Origin: Podarcis tiliguerta | Taxonomy: Eukaryota | DNA: 64,000 nt | Assembly (NCBI GenBank): GCA_965153285.1 | Contig: OZ229113.1 | Strand: one strand, 5' to 3' | Part shown: positions 49,737 through 61,835 of the stretch, piece after piece | Layout of the letters: each line of letters opens with the position of its first letter | Numbering within the stretch: position 1 is the stretch's first letter | Position numbers and translations under genes: made by a program | Notes under the pieces: model-generated | The model's database searches: none | Seen by the model: the letters and a program-made list of their open reading frames with translations, nothing else | What the model was told of the DNA's origin: nothing

Positions 49737-52700
49737 CTGCAAAAAGAAAAGGTTCAAGAAAAAAAGGGGGTTTTGTGTTTTATTATCATCAAAGCCTTGC
49801 AGAAAAACAAGTGTCAGAATTAACGCAAGTGCACAGTGTCCACACCCAGTGAATTAACCATGCACTGTCGCCTTAAGCACAACCCAGTCTCCAGCCTTCC
49901 CTTTGATCTGGCAGAAACCCTCCTGAAGTTCTGACGCCCCCTGAATCCCAGCCATGAAGTTGTACATGGAGTCTGCATACCATACCCAAGGTTTAACAGA
50001 CAACACAAAAGGAAATTACTGTTAATCATCTCATTGTGCAATGTGCACTTATGAAATATAGCAGTCTGAACGTATCATAGATATTAATGCAAAATGCAAA
50101 AGCAGCTGTACTCTGCTATTGGAATCCTGGCTGCCTTCCATCTGTAGAAACGTGCACAAGGCTGAGATGCGGATGTGAGATAAAGCCACAGAATGTGGGT
50201 GTGAGATAAAGACTCCGCCTATGTGGCTCAGGACATCTCAGACTGTTTCCAAGGTGTGGAAAGGAGCAGTAGAAAGGAGCTGTGCTGTAGCAACTCCCAC
50301 ATTTCCAAGGTAGCGTAAGAAGAGGTCATAGAGGCCTTCCCTGGTAGAAATAGCATGTGCAAGTTAGTACCTCACTTCTGGATGTGGCAGCTCAGCCCCT
50401 GGCAGAAAATGACATTCCATGAGGACCTAACTAGCATCCTTCCCTTTCTTGTGCCCTAGCATGGAGAAGCTCTGGCCCAAAGACTAGGCCTCTGGATTTG
50501 ACCTGCAAGGCACTTCTAGGCAAACTGCACCCAGCTGCCAGTCACGTGGTATCATACGGCATCAGGCACTGAGATCTGCTATTTCCATAAGCACAAAGTG
50601 CTAAAGTAAGCAGTAAGGGAACTCATATCTTTAGTCTTGGCACCATGAGACCACAGCACTAAGATAGGAGATAAGCCTCTGCCTAGTTTTTTTAGAAGAT
50701 GCAAACAAGAAAAAAGGCAGCAGGTACAAAAAGCCTCTACCTCCTCTTTAAAAGGCAACTAGCAAAGACTTTTATCCAATTAAGATAAGCTTCTACTACT
50801 GCTTTTTTAATATAAAAGAAAAAGCAGAGGTTTACCTCTTATCTCAGAGATGTGGGACTTTAGAACAAACTTTGGAGATGTGCCTGTGCCTGCTACCATG
50901 GCTTTCAACTTTAGAGTCACCTGGCATTATATGATTCATACGACATCCGTAATTAACAGGCGATGGTCCTCACCTTGCTTTCAAGTCTTAAAGTATGGCC
51001 CAGTTCTGGATCCACTACTCCAGCTTTACCTTTTACCTAGTTCTTCCCCCACCCCTTCCTTAAGCTAAGCTGTTTCAGAATATTGGTGCAAAATGATGGG
51101 CAAGATTCAACTAAATAGTTGTGCTGTTAGAAACCAGGACAGCAAGTCCCACTAGTGCAATAAGGCTTTCCCTCTTCCCTCTTTGGAATGTGTGTGTGTC
51201 AGGAGAACATCCAGAACAGCATGTTGGGGACGGGGAAGGGAGAGTCTTCCAAACAGCCAAGCAGAAATACTTGCACTGATGGAGCAATCTTCTAACAGCT
51301 ACTTTGAATTCCACCCAACATCCTTAATGTAGAAGTGGAGAACCTATGGCCCTCTAGATGATGCTAGACTGAAATTACCATCATCCCTCACCTTAGGAAC
51401 CTGCTGGCTAGGACTGATGGGAGTTGAGGTTCAATACCTGTAGGGCCACAAATCCCGCCCACCCTGCTTTAATCAATTCAGTCAGAAATCTCACAGAATA
51501 AGTGGCAAACACTGGCCAGGTCCTACTAATTTTCTTCTATGTTTAATAATGCAGAGGATTAATATAGATGCTGCATGTATTCTGTTCATTCTTGCAGGTC
51601 ATCATGTGAGATATACATCATTTTAGAGTTCTTTAAGCTCCCTTTGGAACACCAAAGAGGATTTCTCCACTAGCAAGCTGATTCACCATAATTGCCCCTG
51701 GGTAAACAAAAAACTTCTGCAAGCAGGCTTATCACAATACTCAGGCCAAAGCAACACTGCTAAAAATCAGCACTCCAGGGGAGTCTTTTCAAAGCTAAAA
51801 CTGCACAAACTAAATCTCTTGAGCCTCAGCACTGCTAAATCACACCAGGCCTCGTCTACAAACCGCTTGCAGGTGTATAAATCTATGACTGCTTTCCCAT
51901 AAACTGAACAAAGACTACCAAAAATGCAATTGTTTCTAAGCAGAAGATACAACGTCTAAGACAAAGAGAAAAGATATATAGCTTAAAATAGTGGAAAAAG
52001 CAGTGGAATGTTAAACACGTAAAGCTTTTTATCTTGTGTCTTGTATTCTTCAGCATAATCCACATGCTGCTTTTTTCCAGGCATAATGATATTTTAGTAC
52101 AAAAGGCATGTTTGTGGTGGAAGGACACTCTGCTTCAATTGGAAATAAAGCTATTAAAGTCAGGAAAACAGCAAAAGAAAGGGTAACTTCTTCATACAGC
52201 GCTTAGTTGGGACTATAGCATCCATTCCCACAAGAGGTAGAGATGGCCACCAACTCTGATGCCTTTAAAGGATGAGAAGAATGGCTATGTTCTCTGTCTG
52301 CTTTCAGAGGCATTATGACTTTGAATGCCAGTTGCTGTCCACTGTTGACTGGCAGCAGCTCTAGAACCCAGGGCCCTCCATACGTTGTTGGATTGCATTT
52401 CCCATCATCCCCGTCCAATGGTCATGCTGTGGCTGATTGAAGCTGGAGCCCAAAAATATCTCCAATGGTTTTGGAGAGTCATTCCTGCTCTAGCAGCTCT
52501 GAAACAAGTGTCTTTCACATCATCCGCCACCTAAGATGCTAAGGTTTAAGCTTGTGACCTTCTGGGTGCAAAGCATGTGCTCTATGGTTCTCTCCACGGA
52601 CAATCTCCTGCATCAAATCTAGTTTGACTCCAATCCTTGAACAAGTGCACACACCCCTCCCTGAGCCCCTTCCAGTGCAGCCATTAAATTGGAAGCTTCC

Positions 52701-53087
52701 ACTACTGGTTCATATTAACCATGGTTTAGTGTTATGTCTGAACAGTAAAGTGTGGTTAATCGTAAATATATGTCACCTTCATAAGCTATTGTTTGAAGCT
52801 GGCTTGCTTCTGCTCATTACAGTTAGGACTACCTGTAGATTGTCTGGGTTCAGACATCACCACAAATCAGCATTCAGTTTCCAAACTCCTCCTTGCCACT
52901 GTGGTGGTGGACAGAGGCATACTTAGGGTCCCTTGTGCCCTTGGCAAGGAGTTGCATTGACGCCCTCTGCAAAAAAACATCATTTTACCACAAGGGCAGG
53001 AGGCTTCTTCCACGTTTTATCTCACCACAACACCTATATGTCCTACACTCCAAAGTCTGATAGGTGATGTGCGTTTGTTTGTTTGTT

Positions 53088-53118
<31 letters not shown>

Positions 53119-53793
53119 CCATGTGGAGGGCAGTTTTGCCAACCCCTAAGTATGCCTCTGCTGGTGGAAGAAGGGGAGAGCATGTGAGGCCAAGGCTCCT
53201 TGTGGCTCATCCTCATAATACCAAGCCATGGTTTATTTTTACATGTGAACCTAGCTCACGACTGCTTTATCTCTCTCACATGCTGCAGCTTTCCTATTAC
53301 CTTTTATTAACGTAAATATTCTACAGGAGCGTGGGCACTCTGCCTTGTTTGCAGGTGTGTTTTACTGCTCTCAGAATCAGCACCTAAACCTAGAGAGCCC
53401 TTGCAGAGCTGCTCACTTGCTTACTCTCCTTCCGTCTCTCATTCAAGAAAGAAAGTTTAAGATACTTAACTTTCATAGGTCATGTGGCTCCTTTACCAAA
53501 TTTAGTACTGTTTCGTCTAGAAAATAAGTGTCGTTAAATGTGCAAAGATATTGCTGATGCACACATATACGCCGCCCTCTTAATATATGCATAGCTGTCA
53601 TTTTGTGACCACAATATCAAGGTGTGTGAATGAGCCGCCGCAGATCCACCATTTATAAAAAGAGCTTCAACTTCACCTCAGATAAAATGTTTTTTTTGCT
53701 GGAGCCAGCTGCACATCCAGATGAGAATCAGCTGAATTGAAACATCTCTATCCTTCAAGCTTTAGAAGAACCAGGCCTGTGTATTCTACTTAC

Positions 53794-53901
53794 ATGCATT
53801 TTCTGTTCCTCTTCATTTCCCCTGAGCTGCTCTGGAGAGGATAGTCTCCTAAGCAGAGGGCTCTCTTCCAGAGGGCTAATGGCAGATAGAGGCCTGGGCA
53901 T
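53794..53901 (-). CDS. GRAMD1C: Candidate alternative first coding exon of GRAMD1C
   Basis: ATG-initiated MPRPLSAISPLEESPLLRRLSSPEQLRGNEEEQKMH ending at consensus donor |GTAAGT in phase 0; acceptor tctttctccttcAG at 53955-53954. No homology recognised. Confidence 0.45.
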
Positions 53902-54792
53902 TAGTGTGATTATGTCCCAGTCTTTGGCTCAGCCCCCCTGTTACTTGTAGAGGCTGAAGGAGAAAGATTTTGAAAAAAAATCAGATTAACTGTGCAGTGT
54001 TTGGGCAGGTGAGATTTTTTTGCCTTCAATCAGACCAGGAAAACGTTCCCAGTAGAATCAGATAAAATAATTTTCAGAAACATTTATGCCAGATGACACA
54101 ACATCAATAATCATTTTTGTTAAGATTCAGATTAACTAAACACAGTAGTAGTTAAGAGAATGCTATTACTTCACACAAGAGAAACAAACCATTCAGGGTC
54201 ACATTGCATCTTAGAAACCCTGGCTCCAAGTCACTGAATTGTAGACACATTTTAAAAAAAAATGCCCACACAACACACAGTCAGATAGGGGAAGAAGAAA
54301 GGATGGGAGGGATTCTACTAAACAGTTAGACTAGTGTTCTCTGCAGTGTTCCCAGCCTCAATGATCAATCTGATAAATCTCCAGAGGCTATCCAGAGCAG
54401 AATGCCTGAAAATATATTTGTGGCATAAAGATGTATGGAACCTGGCAACTACAGAAACGATAACCCCACAATATAAAGGTTTACAAAGGTTTAGAAGATC
54501 CGGAACATTTTTTAGGAAAAAAAATTAGATAAATCCAGAACAGTACTAATGTGGGGCTTTATCATTTATACCAATACAAATAACCTCCATGACTTTTTGG
54601 CATGTCCACTGCAAGAAATATAGACCTCTTAATGTTTCTACTAAAAAGTGTCTCCACGTATCTTCCAATTTTAATGACAAATTAAGAGGATGGGTACATG
54701 GCCTCCTTTGTCATTTCTGATGGGGATGTGGGCTTGGGAGAGCACATATTTCTTTCAAACCATGTCCAGTCATGTGATCTGGGTCCAGTAGG

Positions 54793-55358
54793 TGTTAGAA
54801 TCTAATCAATGCTTGGAGTGTTAAGACTAGGTATGTTAAGTCAGACCCTGTGCATTAAGGTGTGCTAGATACTGCTAATCTTTTAATTAAGACAAGTGTT
54901 GAAAGGTTAATTAAGCTGGGCTTAATTGCCTGGGCTGGTGGGCCATTAATAAAACTACAGAGGAGCAAAGGAACTCTGTGTGAGACATCAAATGGGTGAG
55001 GCCCCTCTTCTTCAAGAGATGAAGCCAAGTACTTTAGGTTAGACATTTAGGGTTCAGAGATGTGGTGAGACAAATGAGTTATGTGATCTAGAAGCTAAAG
55101 AAAAGCTGCAGGCAGGCCCATCCATGGCAGATGTCTGTTTGAATCCAGGGCTATGCCTATGGGAGAAGCAAGACACTCTTGGAGTGTAATGTTGAGAACC
55201 CTTCCGTCATAGGCTCAGGTTGTATGTGTGTGTAAATAAACCATATATCATAAGGATACCAGAGTCTGTGCTACACCTCATTTCCAGAACCAAACACAAA
55301 CCCTGGGTAAGCACACCTGGAACGTCACACAACTCTGAGATTGGGGTGGCGTGTAACA
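54793..55358 (+). mobile_element. Possible solo LTR
   Basis: TGTTA...TAACA inverted ends, internal AATAAA at 55235-55240; start ambiguous (54793/54819) and no TSD found. Confidence 0.4.
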
Positions 55359-58300
55359 AAATTTTTAATAGCCTTGAGACTGCTGTGGGAGAAGGTTTAA
55401 AAATCTCTTAATAAATAAATCCTTGCCAGTCAATAAATGCTTCATAATAATTTCATCTAGTTTCTTTTTGTCTGTGCAACAGCTCAATATCTTGCTTATC
55501 AAGACAGAAATCAACACTCCGTTCTTTTAAGAATTCTCCATCATGCAGAGATCTTGAAGTCTGCATACCAATCCAGTCAGTCAGTTCAATTACAAAGAAG
55601 GTAGGATGTCAGCAAAGGACCAGTATGCTCCTGGAATTTTAAAAGGTACATTCACACTTAATTTTTCAATCATGCCCCAAAGCAAATTCACTTGACTAGA
55701 TTTTTGTTTTCCCCTTCTGGGATTGTCAACACAAACAGGGAATTTGCATGACTGGAACAGTCTTAGGACTGTGGCACACTGTGCTCAAACATACTCAATG
55801 GGAGTGAACTCTTCCTTCCCAATGCACAATCCCAGTAACATGGGCAATACACATACACACATCTGTACTGAATTTAAGAAAAAGATGAAACATAGCTGCA
55901 TGGTATACATTAAGCATAATGTGTAGTTTGACCGTAGGAGTAAACAGCTTATGGGAAATGTAAGATGCTGTTCACAGGATATAGAAGAGGAACGGCAGAA
56001 GAGGAATTAGGAACAAGAGTTCATCTTCCCATTCCCCAAGCTCTATGGTACTATACTAAGAAAATATTGCCAAAACAGCAGACTCCCTCTCTCCTTTCTG
56101 CCTCTTGGAGCCACTGTGAAGAGATGGGTAGTCTGTTGGCTTGGTGGTGGTAGTGAGAAACCATAACTGTCACTTATAACCATTTCCAGGGGTTGCTGTT
56201 ATGGGGAGTAGAGGAGGAGTCTAGGTGACTGCTGCTTAGGGATGGGGGATAAATTTGATTCAGTTTGCATTTAAAGTCCCACTTCCTGAAACCCTGTGAG
56301 AACTGAAAGGCAGCCATCCTTCAAAATGTGCAAATTTTGAAATACAGTTCTCCAGCCAACCCTTATTTACAAAAGAGCATAAAACTGTCAGAAAAATGAA
56401 TATGTAAGTGAAAATAACATACAAGAATGCAGTAAAAGTGCACCTGGATGTTCTGTTGTTGTGCCCATCACCTAGGTTTAAAGGTGCCATTTAGCTCCTA
56501 GCTTTCAAATCTAACACTGTACCTGACTATACCTGTCAAAGCAATTGCATGTGAAGACCCCCAAAACCACCCACCAAAATAAAGACACAATAGACACAGA
56601 TTTTAGTTTAAGGTTTTTGGCATTAATTTTGGCCACAACTTTATTGATTACAGCATGTGAGTGCTTGCTTAGGGATTGGTTCCAGACTACCTGAACCTGC
56701 ACAGTGGCAGGAACAGGACTGACACTGGGCTCCACCATATGTCAGTAAGGGAAAGCATCCTGGGGGAGCGAGAAGCTGGCTTCAATCTCACGGCTCACCC
56801 CAGATGCTCCCAGGGGCTCTGGCGTTGCCCTAGCCCCTTGACAGGGTTCGGACAAAGGCAAGGTGAGCCCCTGGATTCCTTTAACGGAATTCCCTAGCAG
56901 CGGCAATGGAGGGGCAGGCACAACCAACCACGTCCCCTCCGCAAAACATTGAACCAAATGCCTAACCGCCAACCTTACAAACCTGTGACGATTTGATACA
57001 CGGTAGGCAAAAACCATGTGGCACCAGCCAATCAGCCAAATGGCAAAATTCCTACCAGGGCCCTGCTCCAAAACAGACAACCCCTAGACAGGCATAGCAA
57101 GGCCAAAAGAACCACCCTAAATATAGGGAGAGGAGGACAGCTGATCCGCTGCACACCGCAAGAAAGAGAAGCTTTCCAGCGACGTGAAGCATCTTAAATA
57201 GCCCCTCAGCAGCCAGTAGCCATCCCAACCAGCCAAATTTCTGCCCCAGCAACAGAGGGGCAACCAATGGGGTGTTGTGGCCATCCAAACGGTCCCACCC
57301 CACAACAGGGAGGCAGCTTACGGTGATCTCACCGCAACACGTGTCCTCCATGATGGAGGACACAACTTCTCTTTGGTAGAAAAGGGAAATACATTTCTGA
57401 AGCCTTATACCTTGCTTGAGATATTTTTTTTTCCCCACATATTAGCTGTTTTTTCATATGTTGCTGAGTGGCAAAGAGTACCAGGCCACATATGTATTTT
57501 GTATACGGTTCGGTTACTCAAGTAAATCTCAGAAATTATTTCTTCCAGATAAGTAAGGCAATCCTTCAACAGCCCCCAAACCAAAGTATGAATGAACACA
57601 CAGAGCTTTTCAATAAATCTGCATCCTGCCTTATCTGTATTTTGACTCTTAACCACATTTGTAAATACTTAACAATCACTTCCCTCCTGAGTGGGAAGGT
57701 GATAGAAGGCATCTGAAAATAGTGTTTCTAACATGACTCATCTAGGCCTCAATACCCAGTGCTCCACACTGGCAGCACTGGTGTTATGACAGGGCGGCTG
57801 ATCATACTTCCGCTGTGATCTAATCATGTACAGAATCTCCTTGCTTCCGCCACCCTCGTAATTTGCACCATGATTTTCATAAAGCTTCTCTAAGCTCTGA
57901 AGAAATAAGGTTTCTGTGTCTCATAAATTAGGGGTTTTTTTAAGGGGAAAAAGCAAAAATGCTTTAAAATATATATATTTATTGCAAGCCAAAGAAAACA
58001 GTTGTTTAAGAAGACTAGAAAATGTTGTTTCCTGTTTTAGAAAGTTCCTTCACTTGATATACAGAAACAATAACCACATGGCACACAACAACTTAAAAAG
58101 TTGTGCACTTATATTTTGCAGGGCAATGGGCTGCCTATTCATGCCAAGTACAGACGCTATGGTGAAAATAAAACCAACTCAAATTATGCCAACTGCCTAT
58201 ACTGAAGCAATTATTTTTAACATTTAATTGAGATCATACCCTCAAATGTGCTTAAAAGCAAAAGCAAAACCACAAAGAACCCACATTTAAGATGTTTTTC

Positions 58301-58478
58301 ATCGTTGCCTGGCAGCATAAAACTCTTAAATACTTAGGAGTGGGTGATTTTGTTGTTGACGCTTTTATGTATGAGTATTATCTGAACTGAATCTAAAACA
58401 ATTGCTTTAGTTTTCTTGGCTTTATTTTCACCATGGTTTATGTACACACACACACACACACACACACAAAATATATTC

Positions 58479-58520
<42 letters not shown>

Positions 58521-58522
<2 letters not shown>

Positions 58523-58867
58523 GATGTGGGTGGCACTGTGGTGTAAACCACAGAGCCTAGGGCTTGCCGATCAGGTTGGCGGTTTGAATCCCCGCGACGG
58601 GGTGAGCTCCCGTTGCTCAGTCCCTGCTCCTGCCAACCTAGCAGTTTGAAAGCACGTCAAAGTGCAAGTAGATAAATACGGTAGGTACCGCTCCGGCAGG
58701 AAGGTAAACGGCATTTCCGTGCGCTGCTCTGGTTTGCCAGAAGCAGTTTAGTCATGCTGGCCACATGACCCGGAAGTTGTACGCCAGCTCCCTCGGCCAA
58801 GAAAGCGAGATGAGCGTCACAACACCAGTCGCCCGCGACTGGACCTAATGGTCAGGGGTCCCTTTAC
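58521..58867 (+). mobile_element. Sauria SINE embedded in microsatellites
   Basis: Full body; flanked by (AC)12 and (AT)20 on the left and (AC)6(GT)17 on the right. Confidence 0.9.
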
Positions 58868-58874
58868 ACACACA

Positions 58875-58913
<39 letters not shown>

Positions 58914-61601
58914 CTGTCTGGCTGACATCTTGTAGTTTTAGGATAGAAATTAAATCAACACAAGGCACATAACATCCAGAGGTGAGTTCTCGCCAACGTC
59001 CTGGTAATTGGCAGAGAGAAACAGATATACTAGAGGGGTCAGAACACACCCAGCAGAAGCCAATGAGCAGCATTTGTGCAAGATTCTCCTGTACCCATGC
59101 CATGCTTGCTTATTTGGGGGAGTGACTTCCCCTGGATTATTGAGCCATGTACTGTGAACGTATTCTGAGAAATACATTATTGCCCATTCTTTTGTATTCC
59201 CATTAAACCACAGAAATATAAGCCCTCTGCAGCTATTAGTCCTTTATATGCCTAGAGCCATATGAAGTGTTGTTTGCAACTCTTTGACCACTGTCTCCCA
59301 CAGCATCTGACAAAGAGACACGTCACACAGTGAATTTGGTGAGATTTCCCCAAGTACTGATCCTTAGGTGCAGTTCTATACAGTCAGAGGTGAGTCAGCC
59401 CCACCAAACTCAGCGAGACTTGTTTTGAGGAAACATGGATAGAATAAGGCTGTTCCAACAAACTTCACAAAATGCAGTTCCACTTGGGTCATCTTTGTAT
59501 TTGGTGCTGGAAATCAGGATTCCTCCTTCCTTCTCAAATCACCTATCCTAGATATCCACATGTGGGTGTAATGTTAGCAGGGGGAAAAGGTGTGTCGGTC
59601 CAAATTGCGCAGTCAATCCTCATAATGTATGAGAGAACTCAGCTGGCCTTCACACGCTGAATTCTAACAAGTGTTATGTTATATGCAAACATTATAGCTG
59701 TTCATGTATAGCCTGCAGGGCAGACACACCCGGTATGCAAGATAGGAGGGTACAGTTTTGCTCTTGCATTGCGCAGAGAAAGAAACCCAAGGGGAAAGGG
59801 TTATCCAACCCAAGCCACTGTTTTTCTGCAGGTTTTTGAAATTATGCTTTCCCCACGCCTCCATGGAAACAGCTCCTCTCTAATGTTATCTGTATCAAAT
59901 GCTATGTACTCAAAGCTAGATAAATTTATTATTCAGGCACAATTCTCTGGGCTTCTTCCAACAATATTGCTTCACTATATCACAAAATAAATTTATATTA
60001 AAAATTAATTATCAGTCCTAAAAGAGCTGAGCACATTGATATGCATAATGGCATTCTAGTCAAATTAGATTATGTCTGTCAATTGGTTAGGAGGAGCATT
60101 TCAAATGTCTCAATTCAATGAAATAGATTTAGGCCCCAAAAAATCCTGGAAACTATACTTTGTTGAGAGTTCTTTGGAAGCCCTTATGTCCAGCAAGCTA
60201 CAATTCCCAGATTCTTTTAACAGTCAATACCCAGGGAACTCAGGATATAGCAGCTCTGTGAGAGGAGTAAGGGTCTTCTAGCAACTCTCAGCACCCTTTT
60301 TCAGTTTTCAGGATTCTTTAAGAGAAGTTATGACTGTTTAAAGTGGTATAATGCTTTAAATATATGATGAGGCCTTAGTGTGTTCTGTGCCTCCCTTCAT
60401 CTTCTCCCATAGGGTATTGGTTACTCTTCTCTCAAAGTACACACTGGACTAGAAGACAATGTTACCAAAAAACCCCAACTGAACTAATAGGATGGATGCC
60501 TTTCAACTTTCATATAATGCTTGCTAGGAAAAACAAACAGCAGCAGCAGCTAGGCATACAGCACTGTTAAAAAAGTAGTCTGAATAGGGGAGACACACAC
60601 CAGATATAGCTAATGGTTCAATCCAGTCAGACTCATAACAAGTATCTAATAAGTTTAAAATTATTCTATACTCTTCAAGTTAGTTCTTGCTGAAGTGCTA
60701 AAACTGTGTCTATGCCACTTCATTAATAGGTGGAAGCTCAGATTAATTTAGGCTTTCCCACCCACAAACAAAAAGACCCATGCACATAGAAAACTACTCA
60801 CAGATAAACCCTGACATCTTTTGATTTTTTAAACTAAGTAATCTTGGAAAGTCTGATAGAACCTACCTTGAAAAGAAGAGTATATCCTCTAAGGGCGAAT
60901 CAGCATCAAATCCACTGGGAGAATATTCCATTGTATGGGGCTGAGGTGTGTGTTGTGGCAAGCATGCCAACGTTTAGAAACATGGTCCAGTGGGTTTAGA
61001 GGTACGGTTTTGTTGTTGTTTTCACAGCTCCCTTAACTATATGAACAGGAGTACACTTGGGAAGATCTGTGCTTATCCTAAGATGCCAGATCACTGTTTG
61101 GCAGGGTGTTAAAAGTCAACTGTTTTAAACGTTTGAGAGCATGCTGCCAGCAATTATATCATTCACGTGTTTGTTATGAATCAGGATGCAAGAACAGGTC
61201 GCAGTCAGCTGTGAATAACCCTGCCAGGTGTTACTGAGACACCTAATTAGCACAGCAAAACATGACAGAAAATGACAGTGCACTACAATTACAGTGGGTT
61301 ACAGTGCTTAATGTGTTAAGTGAGGTATGTTGCCACCTGATCTGGCTCATGCGCCTCCTATAGCAGCCTTCCCCAACATGATGGCTCTACAGATGTTTTG
61401 GACTACCATACTATGCTTAATTTTGTGAAATGACTGGGCATCATGAACCAACCATACCCAATGCAAGGAGAGCTACTCTGCTTCACTTTTCAAAATTATT
61501 ATTTTTTTTAAAAAGGAGAAACAATAGACTTGTCACAGAACTCTTTGTCTCCCACTGTGAAAGCCAGATTTGCAAAATCCACAAGTTACTAACCCACCTT
61601 T

Positions 61602-61835
61602 CATAGAATCATAGTGTTGGAAGGGATCCAGAGGGCCATCTTGTCCAGGCATAGGCAAACTCGGCCCTCCAGATGTTTTGGGACTACAACTCCCATCATC
61701 ACTAGCTAACAGGACCAGTGGTCAGGGATGATGGGAGTTGTAGTCCCAAAACATCTAGAGGGCCGAGTTTGCCTATGCCTGATCTAGTCCAACCCCCTAC
61801 AATACAGGGATCTCAGCTAATGCATCCATGATGGA
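61602..61835 (-). mobile_element. CR1 3' end interrupted by a MITE
   Basis: tcatagaatcatag tail (reverse) and tctagtccaacccc CR1 motif split by the insertion at 61646-61781. Confidence 0.75.
61646..61781. mobile_element. Palindromic hAT MITE (136 bp)
   Basis: CAGGCATAGGCAAACTCGGCCCTC...GAGGGCCGAGTTTGCCTATGCCTG; 8-bp TSD ATCTTGTC/ATCTAGTC. Confidence 0.9.

Noticed and set aside
50974-51040. Phase-0 donor AAG|GTGAGG with a short open frame upstream of the first GRAM exon
   Set aside because: No polypyrimidine acceptor or start codon, an in-frame stop immediately upstream, and no resemblance to known Aster N-termini.
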